Shown piece after piece: positions 30,936-40,328 of a DNA stretch of 64,000 bases. The stretch is from Verrucomicrobiales bacterium (GTDB lineage Bacteria > Verrucomicrobiota > Verrucomicrobiia > Limisphaerales > JAYPEY01). The notes beneath the pieces are model-generated. The model did no database searches, was not told where the DNA came from, and worked only from the letters and a program-made list of their open reading frames with translations. The stretch is taken from assembly GCA_038126235.1 (NCBI GenBank), contig JAYPFK010000034.1, forward strand, positions 17,906 to 81,905, read 5' to 3'. The stretch's first letter is position 1. The number at the start of each line of letters is the position of its first letter. The position numbers were made by a program, and so were the translations under genes.

Positions 30936-33230
30936 TTACTGCTGCGCGGTCTCGCGAACGAGGAATACCGGGATGGCTCCGTATTTCTTGGCGAGTTGCT
31001 TGGTGCCGACGTAGTCGCAGGTGAATTCCTTTACGCCGTCGGCGGTCGCGATGGCGGCGAAGGCCTCGCTGGAGTAGATCTGACCTTCTTCCGCGACCGG
31101 TTCGATGCGCGCCGTGCGGTTGACGTGGGCGCCATTGAAGGTGCGTTTCTTGAGCACCGGATCGTAGCAGGGGAACACGGGGCCGCAGTGCAGGGCGATG
31201 CGGATGCTGAGATCGGGCAGGTCCCATTTGCTCCAGTCCGAACCCCGCACGAGGGCGCGCAGCCTCAGGGCGAAGATGCCGGCGTCGGTGACGGTGTCGA
31301 AGACGCACATGACGGCGTCGCCCCAGGTGTTGTGGTGGACGGGCGGATGTTCAAGGTTGAACATGATGTCCGCGACCTGCCCGAGGAAGTGTTTCACGAA
31401 GCCGGGGATCTGGACCTCGGATAGCTTGGTGAAACCGACAACATCCGCGAACACCATCGCCTTGATCTCCTGCTTGGCCGAACTCTCCAGCTCGGAAACC
31501 TCGGCGCCGGCGGGAGGGCGGGCTGGCGAGGTCGTGACTTCCGGGGAATCTTCCGAGGGCGGCGCCAGGTCTTCTTCCGTGCCGTTCCCCACGTGGATGA
31601 CGTGGACCTCGCTGCGCTGCTTGTTGCGCCAATAGTCGACACAGCTTTGGGTGCCGCCCGCGCCGTCACCCCGTTTGCCATCCCAGACAAACAAGGGGGT
31701 GACGTCCATGCCGAGGAACTGGCTCTTGAGCAGGGCCAGGCCGCTGATCGCCTGATTGCAGAAATCGAAGGCCGCGGAGTCCTGCGCGTCGCCCAGTTCG
31801 CTGAGCATGGTCACGGTGGCGGCCTGCTTGAGGACGTTGTCGAACCGCTCCCCCCAGTCCGTTCCGGGCACGATGTCAACGCTGGCTTTCTTGAAGTCGT
31901 CCACCAGGAAGGGAAGGACGATGTTGACCTCGCCTCCGTGGGCGAGGAGCGATTCAGCGAAGATCTGGTCCGCGCCGCAGGCCAGCGAGGAATACCCGAC
32001 GTGAACGTTGGACTTTTTGACGAAGGCATCAATCTGGGCCCGCACTTCGGCCTCCTTGGCGACGGGAAAACGCGGGGTCTCGCGGTCGGGACGGTCGAAC
32101 ATGTGTCCCGAGAAGACCGCGATCTTGGGCAGGTTGAAGCATTGGTCGAGGCGATGGATGTCCTCGCCGAGATACTCGAGGATCATGCGGGCCTGGGCGC
32201 GGGTGCGGCTGAGGACGACTGAACCGACGCCGCCATCCTCGCTGCCTTTCCGGTAATAGCTTTCGGCGCCTTCGAAGTCGCCCATGATCAGGAGGGCTTC
32301 CGCGAGCGTGGCTTCCAGCCAGTAGCGTTCGCCGGATTCGGGGCTGATGTAATCCAGTGTTGCGGAGCAGATTTCGCTCACCTCCTTGGCCAGCTTCTGG
32401 GCGTTTTCCTTGTCGCCGTAGAGCAGGCCGGTGGTGGCCGCATTGATGCCGGAATAATACCCGCCGTTGCGTTCGTAGGCGTCTGCGTAAAGTTCGTAAC
32501 TGCGGCGGAGGTGCTCCTTGCCTTCCTCGGGATTCATCGACAGCTGCCAGAAGTCCTTGTAGGTGCGGGCCAGGATTCCGAGGGTTTCCTCGTCCTTGTG
32601 CCCGGACTGGCTGAGCTGTTCCAGGATGGCATTGGCGCGGCGGGTGGCGCCGGTGCGGGCGAGGGCGAGGGCTTGCAACTGCAGCAGCCGCAGGTCGTCG
32701 GTGAACTTGTGGATGCCTTCGTCGGCAATGTCGAAGGCGACAAAACCTTCCCCCTGTTTCAGGGCGACATCCGTGGCGCGACGGTAGATTTCCACGTCCT
32801 GCGACCAGATGATCGGAATGCGCTCGGTCCAGAGCTGTCTCAGGCCGGCCGTGGTGATCTTGGGGCTCTTGATCTCGCGCAGCACCGCCTGTGCCTGGTC
32901 GTCCCTTTCCTTCTGATCCAGGAACAGGGCGTCGCTGACTGTGGGGTCCTTGCGGTAGCCCAGGGAGATCAGCGTCTTGATCGTCTCAGTGGCGGAGGTG
33001 CGGTCCATGTCCCGCTCGTGTTCAGGCAGGTCCTTGAAGGGGACGAGGCAGGGATGAAGCTTGTTGGCGTCGTCGCGCGAGGGACCGTATCTCCAGCCTT
33101 GCCGGACGCGCTCGCGCGCCCAGACTTCATGGTTGTTCTCTGCGAACACTTCAGCCAGGGCAAGCACGTCCTGGGACAACTGGATGCGCGAAGTGTCGAG
33201 AGGTCGGGGTTCGTAGGTTCCTTCGCTCAT
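30936..33230 (-). CDS. Multidomain signalling protein: RyR domain, TPR-like helical repeats, SLOG (DprA/LOG-like) domain, and class III nucleotide cyclase domain
   Basis: Residues 22-95 match the RyR domain ('HEVWARERVRQGWRYGPSRDDANKLHPCLVPFKDLPEHERDMDRTSATETIKTLISLGY'). Residues 368-540 match the SLOG/DprA pattern ('IAVFSGH..VGYSSLACGADQIFAESLLAHGGEVNIVLPF..GDGAGGT'). Residues 590-760 match a class III cyclase ('FADVVGFT','TWGDAVM','IRIALHCGPV','GAHVNRTARIE'). Confidence 0.8.
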   Translation of the reverse strand: MSEGTYEPRPLDTSRIQLSQDVLALAEVFAENNHEVWARERVRQGWRYGPSRDDANKLHPCLVPFKDLPEHERDMDRTSATETIKTLISLGYRKDPTVSDALFLDQKERDDQAQAVLREIKSPKITTAGLRQLWTERIPIIWSQDVEIYRRATDVALKQGEGFVAFDIADEGIHKFTDDLRLLQLQALALARTGATRRANAILEQLSQSGHKDEETLGILARTYKDFWQLSMNPEEGKEHLRRSYELYADAYERNGGYYSGINAATTGLLYGDKENAQKLAKEVSEICSATLDYISPESGERYWLEATLAEALLIMGDFEGAESYYRKGSEDGGVGSVVLSRTRAQARMILEYLGEDIHRLDQCFNLPKIAVFSGHMFDRPDRETPRFPVAKEAEVRAQIDAFVKKSNVHVGYSSLACGADQIFAESLLAHGGEVNIVLPFLVDDFKKASVDIVPGTDWGERFDNVLKQAATVTMLSELGDAQDSAAFDFCNQAISGLALLKSQFLGMDVTPLFVWDGKRGDGAGGTQSCVDYWRNKQRSEVHVIHVGNGTEEDLAPPSEDSPEVTTSPARPPAGAEVSELESSAKQEIKAMVFADVVGFTKLSEVQIPGFVKHFLGQVADIMFNLEHPPVHHNTWGDAVMCVFDTVTDAGIFALRLRALVRGSDWSKWDLPDLSIRIALHCGPVFPCYDPVLKKRTFNGAHVNRTARIEPVAEEGQIYSSEAFAAIATADGVKEFTCDYVGTKQLAKKYGAIPVFLVRETAQQ

Positions 33231-33451
33231 GATTGAAACTGAGATGTTCCTGGCGTCTTGATGACCGATTTGGCGGCCGTGGTGAGCGCCCCCGGGGTTC
33301 CGGAACGTGGCGGCTCGCCGCTGTCGAGGGGCGTTCTTAGGCCATATGCGGTTGGATTTGAAGCCAATTCTTGGAGAAACGGCGTTCCCGCGGGCGGTTT
33401 TCGGGACTGCGGATTGACCCGCCGGACGAATCGAGGCAAATACAGGCGCCC

Positions 33452-34126
33452 ATGAGTTCTACGAGCATTCTCGAAGCCTCCCGTCTCACCAAGACCTACC
33501 GCGGTGGAGCCGGCGAGTTGACGGTCCTGGACAGGGTGGATCTGTCGGTGGGGGCGGGCGAAAGCTGCGCGATAGTCGGGCCGTCCGGGAGCGGCAAGAC
33601 GACCCTGTTGGGTCTTTGTGCGGGGTTGGACACCCCGACCTCCGGGACGGTGAGGTTGAACGGGGCTGACCTGGCCGGGTTGGACGAGGACGGCCGGGCG
33701 CGCCTGCGGAATGAATGCGTGGGTTTCGTGTTCCAGAGTTTCCAGTTGATTCCGACCCTGACCGCCTTGGAGAACGTCATGGCCCCGTTGGAATTGCGCG
33801 GGGAACGGGGCGCGCGCGACCGGGCTGTTGAATTGCTGGAGCGGGTGGGGCTGGCCGGCCGGCCGGAGCACCATCCCAGCCAGCTTTCCGGAGGCGAGCA
33901 ACAACGCGTGGCCTTGGCGCGCGCCTTCATCAACCGTCCCCGGATACTCTTTGCGGATGAACCGACCGGGAATCTCGATGGCGAGACCAGCCACAAGATC
34001 GTGGACATTCTCTTCGGGTTGAACGCCGCTCAGGAAACGGCGCTTGTCCTGGTCACCCACGACAACGAACTCGCCGCGAAAGCGGGCAAGGTGGTGCGCC
34101 TGCGGGATGGCCGGGTGGTCGATTGA
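33452..34126 (+). CDS. ABC transporter ATP-binding protein (LolD/MacB-type)
   Basis: Walker A 'GPSGSGKTT', signature '[14 protein letters not shown]', Walker B '[11 protein letters not shown]'. Confidence 0.9.
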   Translation: MSSTSILEASRLTKTYRGGAGELTVLDRVDLSVGAGESCAIVGPSGSGKTTLLGLCAGLDTPTSGTVRLNGADLAGLDEDGRARLRNECVGFVFQSFQLIPTLTALENVMAPLELRGERGARDRAVELLERVGLAGRPEHHPSQLSGGEQQRVALARAFINRPRILFADEPTGNLDGETSHKIVDILFGLNAAQETALVLVTHDNELAAKAGKVVRLRDGRVVD

Positions 34127-34136
34127 GCGGCCGAAC

Positions 34137-36824
34137 ATGAAGGATGAAGCCTCAGCCCTGAACTCTTCGCCCGGATCGGCGACCGGAGCAGGCGGGGCGT
34201 CGATCCCTCTTCTGGGATCCACCATCCTCGGGGCGCTGTTCCAACCCTGGGTCTGGCGGATGGCGTGGCGGGACAGCCGGAGCAGTCGACGCCGGATGCT
34301 GTTCTTTTCGACGTCGATCATGTTCGGGATTGCGGCGTTGGTGGCCATCGGTTCGTTCGGTCACAATCTGAGGCGCAACGTCGATCTCCAGACGCGGACC
34401 TTGATCGGCGCGGACGTGGCGGTGACCGCGCGGCAGCCCTTCACGGAGGAGGAATGGCGGGGACTGGAGGCGGCCGGCGGGGAGCTGGCCCGGGAGACCA
34501 GCCTTTCCTCGATGGTTTTCTTCCCGAAGGGGGAACATGTGCGGTTGATTCAGATCCGCGCGGTCGAGGGCGGCTTTCCCTTTTATGGGGAGCTGAAGAC
34601 GCGCCCGGCGGCCGCCGCGGCCGAGTTCCGGGCGGGCCGCGGCGTCCTTGTGGAGGCAAGCGTGCTGGAACAGTTTGGCATCGAGCCCGGCGACCGGATG
34701 CGCCTGGGACAATGGGAGACAACCGTGGCGGGGAGCCTGCTGGACGCGCCGGGCGCCAACATCGCTTTCGAGATGTTGGCGCCGACCGTGTTCATCCCGC
34801 TGGCGGACCTTGAGAAGACGAAGCTCCTGGGCGCGCGCAGCCTGTCCCGGCATCACGCCTACTTCAAACTGGGCGAGGGCATGACCGTCGGGGATCTGGT
34901 CAGGTCGGCGAAGGACGTCGTGCAGGAGCGCGCGCGGTATGACACGGTCGAGGAGCGGAAACAGCAGTTGGGCAGGACGCTCGGCCACCTGAACCGCTTT
35001 CTGAATCTCACCGGCTTTGTCGCGTTGTTGTTGGGGGCGGTTGGGACGGCGAGCGCGATCCGGGTGCACGTGAAGCAGAAGCTGGCCACGATCGCGGTGT
35101 TGCGGTGTCTCGGATGCGGAACAGGACAGACCTTCGCCATCTACCTGATCCAGACCGTGGCCTTGGGAATGACCGGAACCTTGCTGGGGACGCTTCTGGG
35201 CTTGCTCGTGCAACGGCTTCTGCCGGCGGCGGTGTCCGGGGTCGTGCCGTTTGAGATCGAGGTTTCGGTGGCCTGGCCGGCGGTGTTTGAGGCGATGGCG
35301 ATCGGCTTCGGCGTCTCTTTTCTCTTTGCCCTGGCCCCGCTGTTGAGCGTGCGTCGGGCGTCCCCCCTGGCGGCGATCCGGGGGCTGGCGGAAGACGGTG
35401 CCGGAGGCAGGTTCGATCCGCTGCGGGCGCTGGTTCAGGTCGGCATTGCGGCTTCGGTGGCGGCCTTCGCGATCGCGCAGACCGAGCGTTGGGAGTTCGG
35501 GGCCGCTTTCGCGGCGGCGATCGGAATCTCGCTGGCGGTCCTGGCCGGCCTCGCGAAGGCGATCACCGTCATCGTGCGACGAACGATTCCAGCGACGCTG
35601 CCTTACGTCTGGCGGCAGGGTTTGGCCAATCTTTACCGGCCGAACAATCGCACCGTCCTGTTCATGGTCTCCATCGGTCTGGGCGCCTTCCTGGTCCTGT
35701 CGCTCTACCTCACCCAGCATGTTCTGGTGACGAAGCTCTTTCCGATGGAAAAGGCCAACACCCCGAATGCGATCCTGTTCGAAGTCTATCCCGATCAGAA
35801 GGCGGGCGTTGTCGAGGTGATGGAGTCGATGAAACTGCCGTTGTTGCAGGACGTGTCGATCGTGAACATGAAGCTGGCGGCGATCAAGGGGACGCCGGTC
35901 GAGGAGGTTCCGCGTTGGCGGGGGAGACCGCGAAGCAAGGGCGGACGCGGTCCCGGTCCGGACGGGGACGGTCGCCGGTTGGGCGTGCCCCGTTGGGTTC
36001 TGGAACGGCAATACCGTTCGACCTACCGCGACCACCTGGAGGATTCCGAGGAGCTTGTGGCCGGCGAACTGCACGGCCCGTTCACCGGGGGAATTGACGA
36101 TGTGATCCCGGTTTCCGTCGAGGAGAAAATCGCGGAGGACCTGGGCGTGACCTTGGGGGACGAATTGGCCTGGGATGTCCAGGGCATGCCGATCAGGACC
36201 AGGGTGAGCAGCCTGAGAAAGGTGGACTGGCGACGCGTGCAGCCGAATTTCTTCGTGGTGTTTCCGACCGGATCGCTGGACGAGGCGCCGGCGCAGCACA
36301 TCCTGACGACGCATGTGAAGGACAGCCCGGAATCGGCCGCCCTGCAACGCGAGGTGGTCAAACGTTTTCCAAACGTCTCCGCGATCGACCTCACCTTCAT
36401 CGTCCAGACCATTGAAGGGATCGTGGACCGGGTGACGTATGTGATCCGGTTCATGGCCATGTTCACGGTGGCGACGGGCGTGTTCGTGCTCGTTGGAACG
36501 GTGATGACGGGGCGGTATCAACGCATTCGGGAGAGCATCCTCCTGCGGACGCTGGGCGCCTCGCGGAAACAGGTGCAGCGCATCCTGCTTTCGGAATACC
36601 TGTTCCTCGGCGTCTTTGCGGGCGCGACGGGCGCGGTCCTGGCTGTCGGTGGGAGTTGGGCCTTGTCGAGGTTTGTCTTCAAGGTCGATTACGCCTTGGC
36701 ATGGGGACCGTTGTTCGTGGCGCTGGCGGTCGTGGCGGTGATGACCGTGGCGGTCGGCCTGCTCGGCAACCGCGGGGTGGCGACGCACCCTCCGCTGGAA
36801 ATCCTGAGGAATGACGGGGCCTGA
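34137..36824 (+). CDS. FtsX-family ABC transporter permease with duplicated FtsX domains (MacB/LolE-like, about 895 aa)
   Basis: Two FtsX TM bundles, each preceded by a large extracytoplasmic domain. The start is at the ATG 11 bp after the ATPase stop. Confidence 0.85.
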   Translation: MKDEASALNSSPGSATGAGGASIPLLGSTILGALFQPWVWRMAWRDSRSSRRRMLFFSTSIMFGIAALVAIGSFGHNLRRNVDLQTRTLIGADVAVTARQPFTEEEWRGLEAAGGELARETSLSSMVFFPKGEHVRLIQIRAVEGGFPFYGELKTRPAAAAAEFRAGRGVLVEASVLEQFGIEPGDRMRLGQWETTVAGSLLDAPGANIAFEMLAPTVFIPLADLEKTKLLGARSLSRHHAYFKLGEGMTVGDLVRSAKDVVQERARYDTVEERKQQLGRTLGHLNRFLNLTGFVALLLGAVGTASAIRVHVKQKLATIAVLRCLGCGTGQTFAIYLIQTVALGMTGTLLGTLLGLLVQRLLPAAVSGVVPFEIEVSVAWPAVFEAMAIGFGVSFLFALAPLLSVRRASPLAAIRGLAEDGAGGRFDPLRALVQVGIAASVAAFAIAQTERWEFGAAFAAAIGISLAVLAGLAKAITVIVRRTIPATLPYVWRQGLANLYRPNNRTVLFMVSIGLGAFLVLSLYLTQHVLVTKLFPMEKANTPNAILFEVYPDQKAGVVEVMESMKLPLLQDVSIVNMKLAAIKGTPVEEVPRWRGRPRSKGGRGPGPDGDGRRLGVPRWVLERQYRSTYRDHLEDSEELVAGELHGPFTGGIDDVIPVSVEEKIAEDLGVTLGDELAWDVQGMPIRTRVSSLRKVDWRRVQPNFFVVFPTGSLDEAPAQHILTTHVKDSPESAALQREVVKRFPNVSAIDLTFIVQTIEGIVDRVTYVIRFMAMFTVATGVFVLVGTVMTGRYQRIRESILLRTLGASRKQVQRILLSEYLFLGVFAGATGAVLAVGGSWALSRFVFKVDYALAWGPLFVALAVVAVMTVAVGLLGNRGVATHPPLEILRNDGA

Positions 36825-37051
36825 ATCAATGCCTTGGGCTGCTCCCCGTCGGCGTTTGTCATTTGGGGCGTAGGGTATGTGAAAGACAACGCCGAGGCGG
36901 TGATGGGGCGAGCAGTCCCATGTGAGCTTCGCTGGGGCATGCTCGGGGCGGCTCATTGAGGACAGTTCGCCCTACCGTTTTGTATGGTTGTAATTCCTCG
37001 AACTCCCTGTTCGGAGTCGCCTTTCCGTGGATTGTTGCCCACGATATTCCC

Positions 37052-40000
37052 ATGAATGACATGTCGCCAGACGAGAGCTTTCCCCGTTCCGCCGAGTTGC
37101 GGAGCCGGGACTGGATTCTCTTCGGCGTCTTCTTCCTGTCGGGCGCCCTGGCCCTGGTCTATGAGATCTGCTGGATCCGGAAGGCTTCGTCGGTGTTCGG
37201 TTCGGAGAGCTTTGCGTTGAGTTGTGTGCTCGCCGTGTTCTTCGGAGGGTTGGCCCTGGGGAGTTTCCTGATAGGAAGACGGACCCCCGGATGTCGTTCC
37301 CCTCTGAAATGGTATGGAGCCCTGGAGATTGCGGTGGGGGTGTTTGCGATCTTGAGCCCGGCCCTGTTCGCGCTGGCCGATCGTGTCTACGGACCGGCCT
37401 ACGCGGCGTTGGAGAATCGCTTTGCGGCGTTGACCTTTGTTCGCTGCCTGCTGCTGACGGCGGTGATGTTGCCGCCGACGGTCGCCATGGGCGGGACGTT
37501 TCCCGTGATGTGCCGCTGGTTCGTCACGGCGCGTGAGCACGTATCAGGCAGGGTGGGCGGTTTGTTCGCCTTGAACACCTTTGGAGCCTGCCTGGGCGCG
37601 TTGGCCTGCGGTTTCTATCTGATTCCCAAGGTTGGAATCGACGCCTCCATCTATTTCGGTGGCGCGATCAGCGTGGCTCTGGGCGTGGTCGTGATGAGAC
37701 TTTCGAACGACGGAGGGGAGGTTGTGACGGAAGAGGAGGAAGGGGGGAAGGCGAAGGAAACTCCGGCCGCTTCCTCCGGAAGCGTCGGGGCGATCGAAGC
37801 CTTGTTTTTTGCCTCGGGGTTCGTCGCCTTGGGCAATGAGATCCTCTGGACGCGTTTCCTGTCCCTGATCCTGTTGCGCAGCGTCCATACCTACACCCTC
37901 GTCCTCGCGGTCGTCCTGTTCGGCCTGGTCGTCGGGGCGGCGGCGACCTCCCGCATGTTTGACGGAAGCCAGCGCCGGGGAGCCTGGTTTGGCGCGCTGC
38001 AGATGGCGAACGGTGTCTTTGTCCTGATGGTCCTGCTGGCTCCGGCGGAATTCTGGACGCGGTGGCTGGATGCGGATGGGGTGGCCAGGCAGGCGTCATT
38101 GGCCGTGTTGATCCTCCTCGGACCCGCGTGCCTTTCCGGGGCGGCGTTTCCGTTGGCGATGCGGATGGCGGTGGAGGATCCGGCGCGTGCGGGCGCCGGC
38201 GTCGGACGCATGACCGCCTTGAACACCGTGGGGGGGATACTGGGATCGATCGTTTTTGGATTCGTGTTGTTGCCCGGCCTGGGGATGCACGCGACAGCCC
38301 TGCTTTCCACCGGCTTGAGCGTGGCGGCCGGGGTCACGGCGGTCCTGGCGGTGGAGCGCAACATGCCGAAAAGCGGCAGGCTGGCGTTGGTCTTCGCCGG
38401 AGTGGCGCTTTGGGGCGGGTTGGCCGGCGGGATGAAGACCCGGTTGCCGGCGGATTATCTGGGGCGCGGAGGCGCGTTGGTGGATTACCGGGAGGGGGTG
38501 AACGCGTTTGTCTCCGTCGTGGATTCGGAGGGCGGTGTGCGACGGTTGATGATCGACCGGCTATGGCAGGGTTTCAACCGCCGGGGGCACCAGGTGATGG
38601 CTGCGCACATCCCGATGGCGCTGCATCCCGATCCCCGTGAAATCGCGGTGGTCGGCATGGGAGCGGGGCAGACCCCGAGCCGGTTCCTGATGTACGATAT
38701 CGACCGCCTGGACTGCGTCGAAATCGAGGGTGAGACGCTGAACATGATCCGCGAGCATTTTGCTGCGGAGTGGATGGACGATCCCAGGACTCATTTCATC
38801 GTGGATGACGGCCGGAACTACCTGGCGCACACGCGGCGTTCCTACGACCTGATCTCGATCGAGGTCGGCCAGACCTACCGTCCGGGGGTGGCGTCCTTCT
38901 ATACGCGGGAGTTTTATGCGGCGGCGGGAAAGCGGTTGAAGCATGGCGGCCTGCTGTGCCAGTTCCTGCCGATCGCGTTCTTTTCCGTCGAGGAGCTTGA
39001 GGTGTTGACCGCGACGTTTCTGGAGGAGTTTCCCGACAGCGTGCTCTGGTACAACACCGCGGAGTTGCTGCTGATCGGCCGGCGCGATGAGCGACCGATG
39101 ATCTACACCGCGCGGTCCCAGGCGTTGGGGACGAATGTCGCGGTCATGCGCGACCTGCAGTTCTCCTACTGGGGCGGGGTGAATTACTTTCTGGTTCATC
39201 CGCACGTGTTCCTCGGCGGATTTCTGCTGGGCCCGGAGGGGCTTCACAAGCTCGCTGAAGGCGCCGCGATCTACCGGGACAACCGGCCATGGCTCGAGTA
39301 TTCGAGCGTGCGGGCCCGTCGCCCGGAGACGGATCTTGTGCAGCGGCTCCGGCCGCTGCTGGATCCGTTGGCTCCATTGCTGGAATTCAAACCAGGGTCG
39401 CACGAGATCGCGGCGAGCGAGCGCGTCCGTGATCTGAATCTGCGGGACATCGTGGCCTCCTCGATGCAGGACGATATTCACGCGGCCTTCAGCGCGGGAG
39501 ACCGTGAGCGGGGACTGCGACTCGCGCGCGAGGCGGCGAACTGGAATCCGGAGAACCTGTTTTTGAAGATGTTGCTGGCGGATGAACTGAGCGAGGAGAA
39601 ACGGTATGAGGAGGCGGTGGAGCTTTATCGTTCGGTGATTGAGGCCAAACCGGGTTTCGCGGTGGCGCACAGCAATCTGGGGTCCGCGTTGGCGGCGCTT
39701 GGCCGCCTGAACGAGGCTGTCGCCTGTTTTCGCGAGGCCCTGAAGCGGGATCCTTCGCTGGAGTCCACGCGCGCGAGCCTCAAGCAGGCCATCGAGACGC
39801 GAGGGCGGACCGGACCCAGCCTGGCCGAACTCAAGGAGACCGCCCGGAGAAATCCGCACAACACCTTCGCCATGCTGGATCTGGCGCAGGGGTTGTTCGA
39901 CGCCGGGGATTACCCGGGGTGCATTGCGGAATACCGGAAGCTCCTGCGCATCGAACCGGAATCGCCAACCGCGTTGAACGATCTGGCCTGGGCTTTGGCG

Positions 40001-40261
40001 ATTGCCCCGGAAGGACAGGGACGCAACCCGTCCGAGGCGGTCGCGTTGGCCGAACGCGCGGTGCAGTTGACCGGCCGGAGCAGCGCCATCGCGCTCGGCA
40101 CCCTGGCGGCCGCGCACGCGGCGAAAGGCGACTTCGCCAAGGCCCGGGATCTGTCGCGGGAAGCGATTGCCATGTCGCGCCGGGAGAAGGAACCGGAGGT
40201 GGAGCGCCTGTTGGCGGAACGGTTGAAGCTGTTCGAACAGGGGCGGGACCTGCGGAGGTGA
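37052..40261 (+). CDS. Fusion protein: polytopic membrane domain, spermidine/spermine synthase-like domain, and C-terminal TPR repeats
   Basis: Multiple TM helices are present. The spermidine-synthase motif 'IAVVGMGAGQT..YDLISIEV' is present. TPR repeats lie in the last roughly 300 aa. Confidence 0.75.
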   Translation: MNDMSPDESFPRSAELRSRDWILFGVFFLSGALALVYEICWIRKASSVFGSESFALSCVLAVFFGGLALGSFLIGRRTPGCRSPLKWYGALEIAVGVFAILSPALFALADRVYGPAYAALENRFAALTFVRCLLLTAVMLPPTVAMGGTFPVMCRWFVTAREHVSGRVGGLFALNTFGACLGALACGFYLIPKVGIDASIYFGGAISVALGVVVMRLSNDGGEVVTEEEEGGKAKETPAASSGSVGAIEALFFASGFVALGNEILWTRFLSLILLRSVHTYTLVLAVVLFGLVVGAAATSRMFDGSQRRGAWFGALQMANGVFVLMVLLAPAEFWTRWLDADGVARQASLAVLILLGPACLSGAAFPLAMRMAVEDPARAGAGVGRMTALNTVGGILGSIVFGFVLLPGLGMHATALLSTGLSVAAGVTAVLAVERNMPKSGRLALVFAGVALWGGLAGGMKTRLPADYLGRGGALVDYREGVNAFVSVVDSEGGVRRLMIDRLWQGFNRRGHQVMAAHIPMALHPDPREIAVVGMGAGQTPSRFLMYDIDRLDCVEIEGETLNMIREHFAAEWMDDPRTHFIVDDGRNYLAHTRRSYDLISIEVGQTYRPGVASFYTREFYAAAGKRLKHGGLLCQFLPIAFFSVEELEVLTATFLEEFPDSVLWYNTAELLLIGRRDERPMIYTARSQALGTNVAVMRDLQFSYWGGVNYFLVHPHVFLGGFLLGPEGLHKLAEGAAIYRDNRPWLEYSSVRARRPETDLVQRLRPLLDPLAPLLEFKPGSHEIAASERVRDLNLRDIVASSMQDDIHAAFSAGDRERGLRLAREAANWNPENLFLKMLLADELSEEKRYEEAVELYRSVIEAKPGFAVAHSNLGSALAALGRLNEAVACFREALKRDPSLESTRASLKQAIETRGRTGPSLAELKETARRNPHNTFAMLDLAQGLFDAGDYPGCIAEYRKLLRIEPESPTALNDLAWALAIAPEGQGRNPSEAVALAERAVQLTGRSSAIALGTLAAAHAAKGDFAKARDLSREAIAMSRREKEPEVERLLAERLKLFEQGRDLRR

Positions 40262-40328
40262 GACCGGGGGCTTGGGCGGATTCGATCCTTGAACGCGGCG
40301 GCGCCCGCGGCAATGATCCGAGTCACCG

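Noticed and set aside
30054-33230. Idea that ParA plus the cyclase form a Pycsar/CBASS-type anti-phage operon
   Set aside because: No adjacent cNMP-binding effector (TIR, TM or nuclease fused to a CNB domain) is present. The cyclase is fused to its own sensor domains, which fits a signalling enzyme better than a minimal defence cyclase. This idea is kept only as an alternative hypothesis within the main finding.
34152-36956. 934-aa minus-strand ORF
   Set aside because: It is antisense to the double-FtsX ABC permease. It is His/Arg/Pro/Gly-rich with no motifs.
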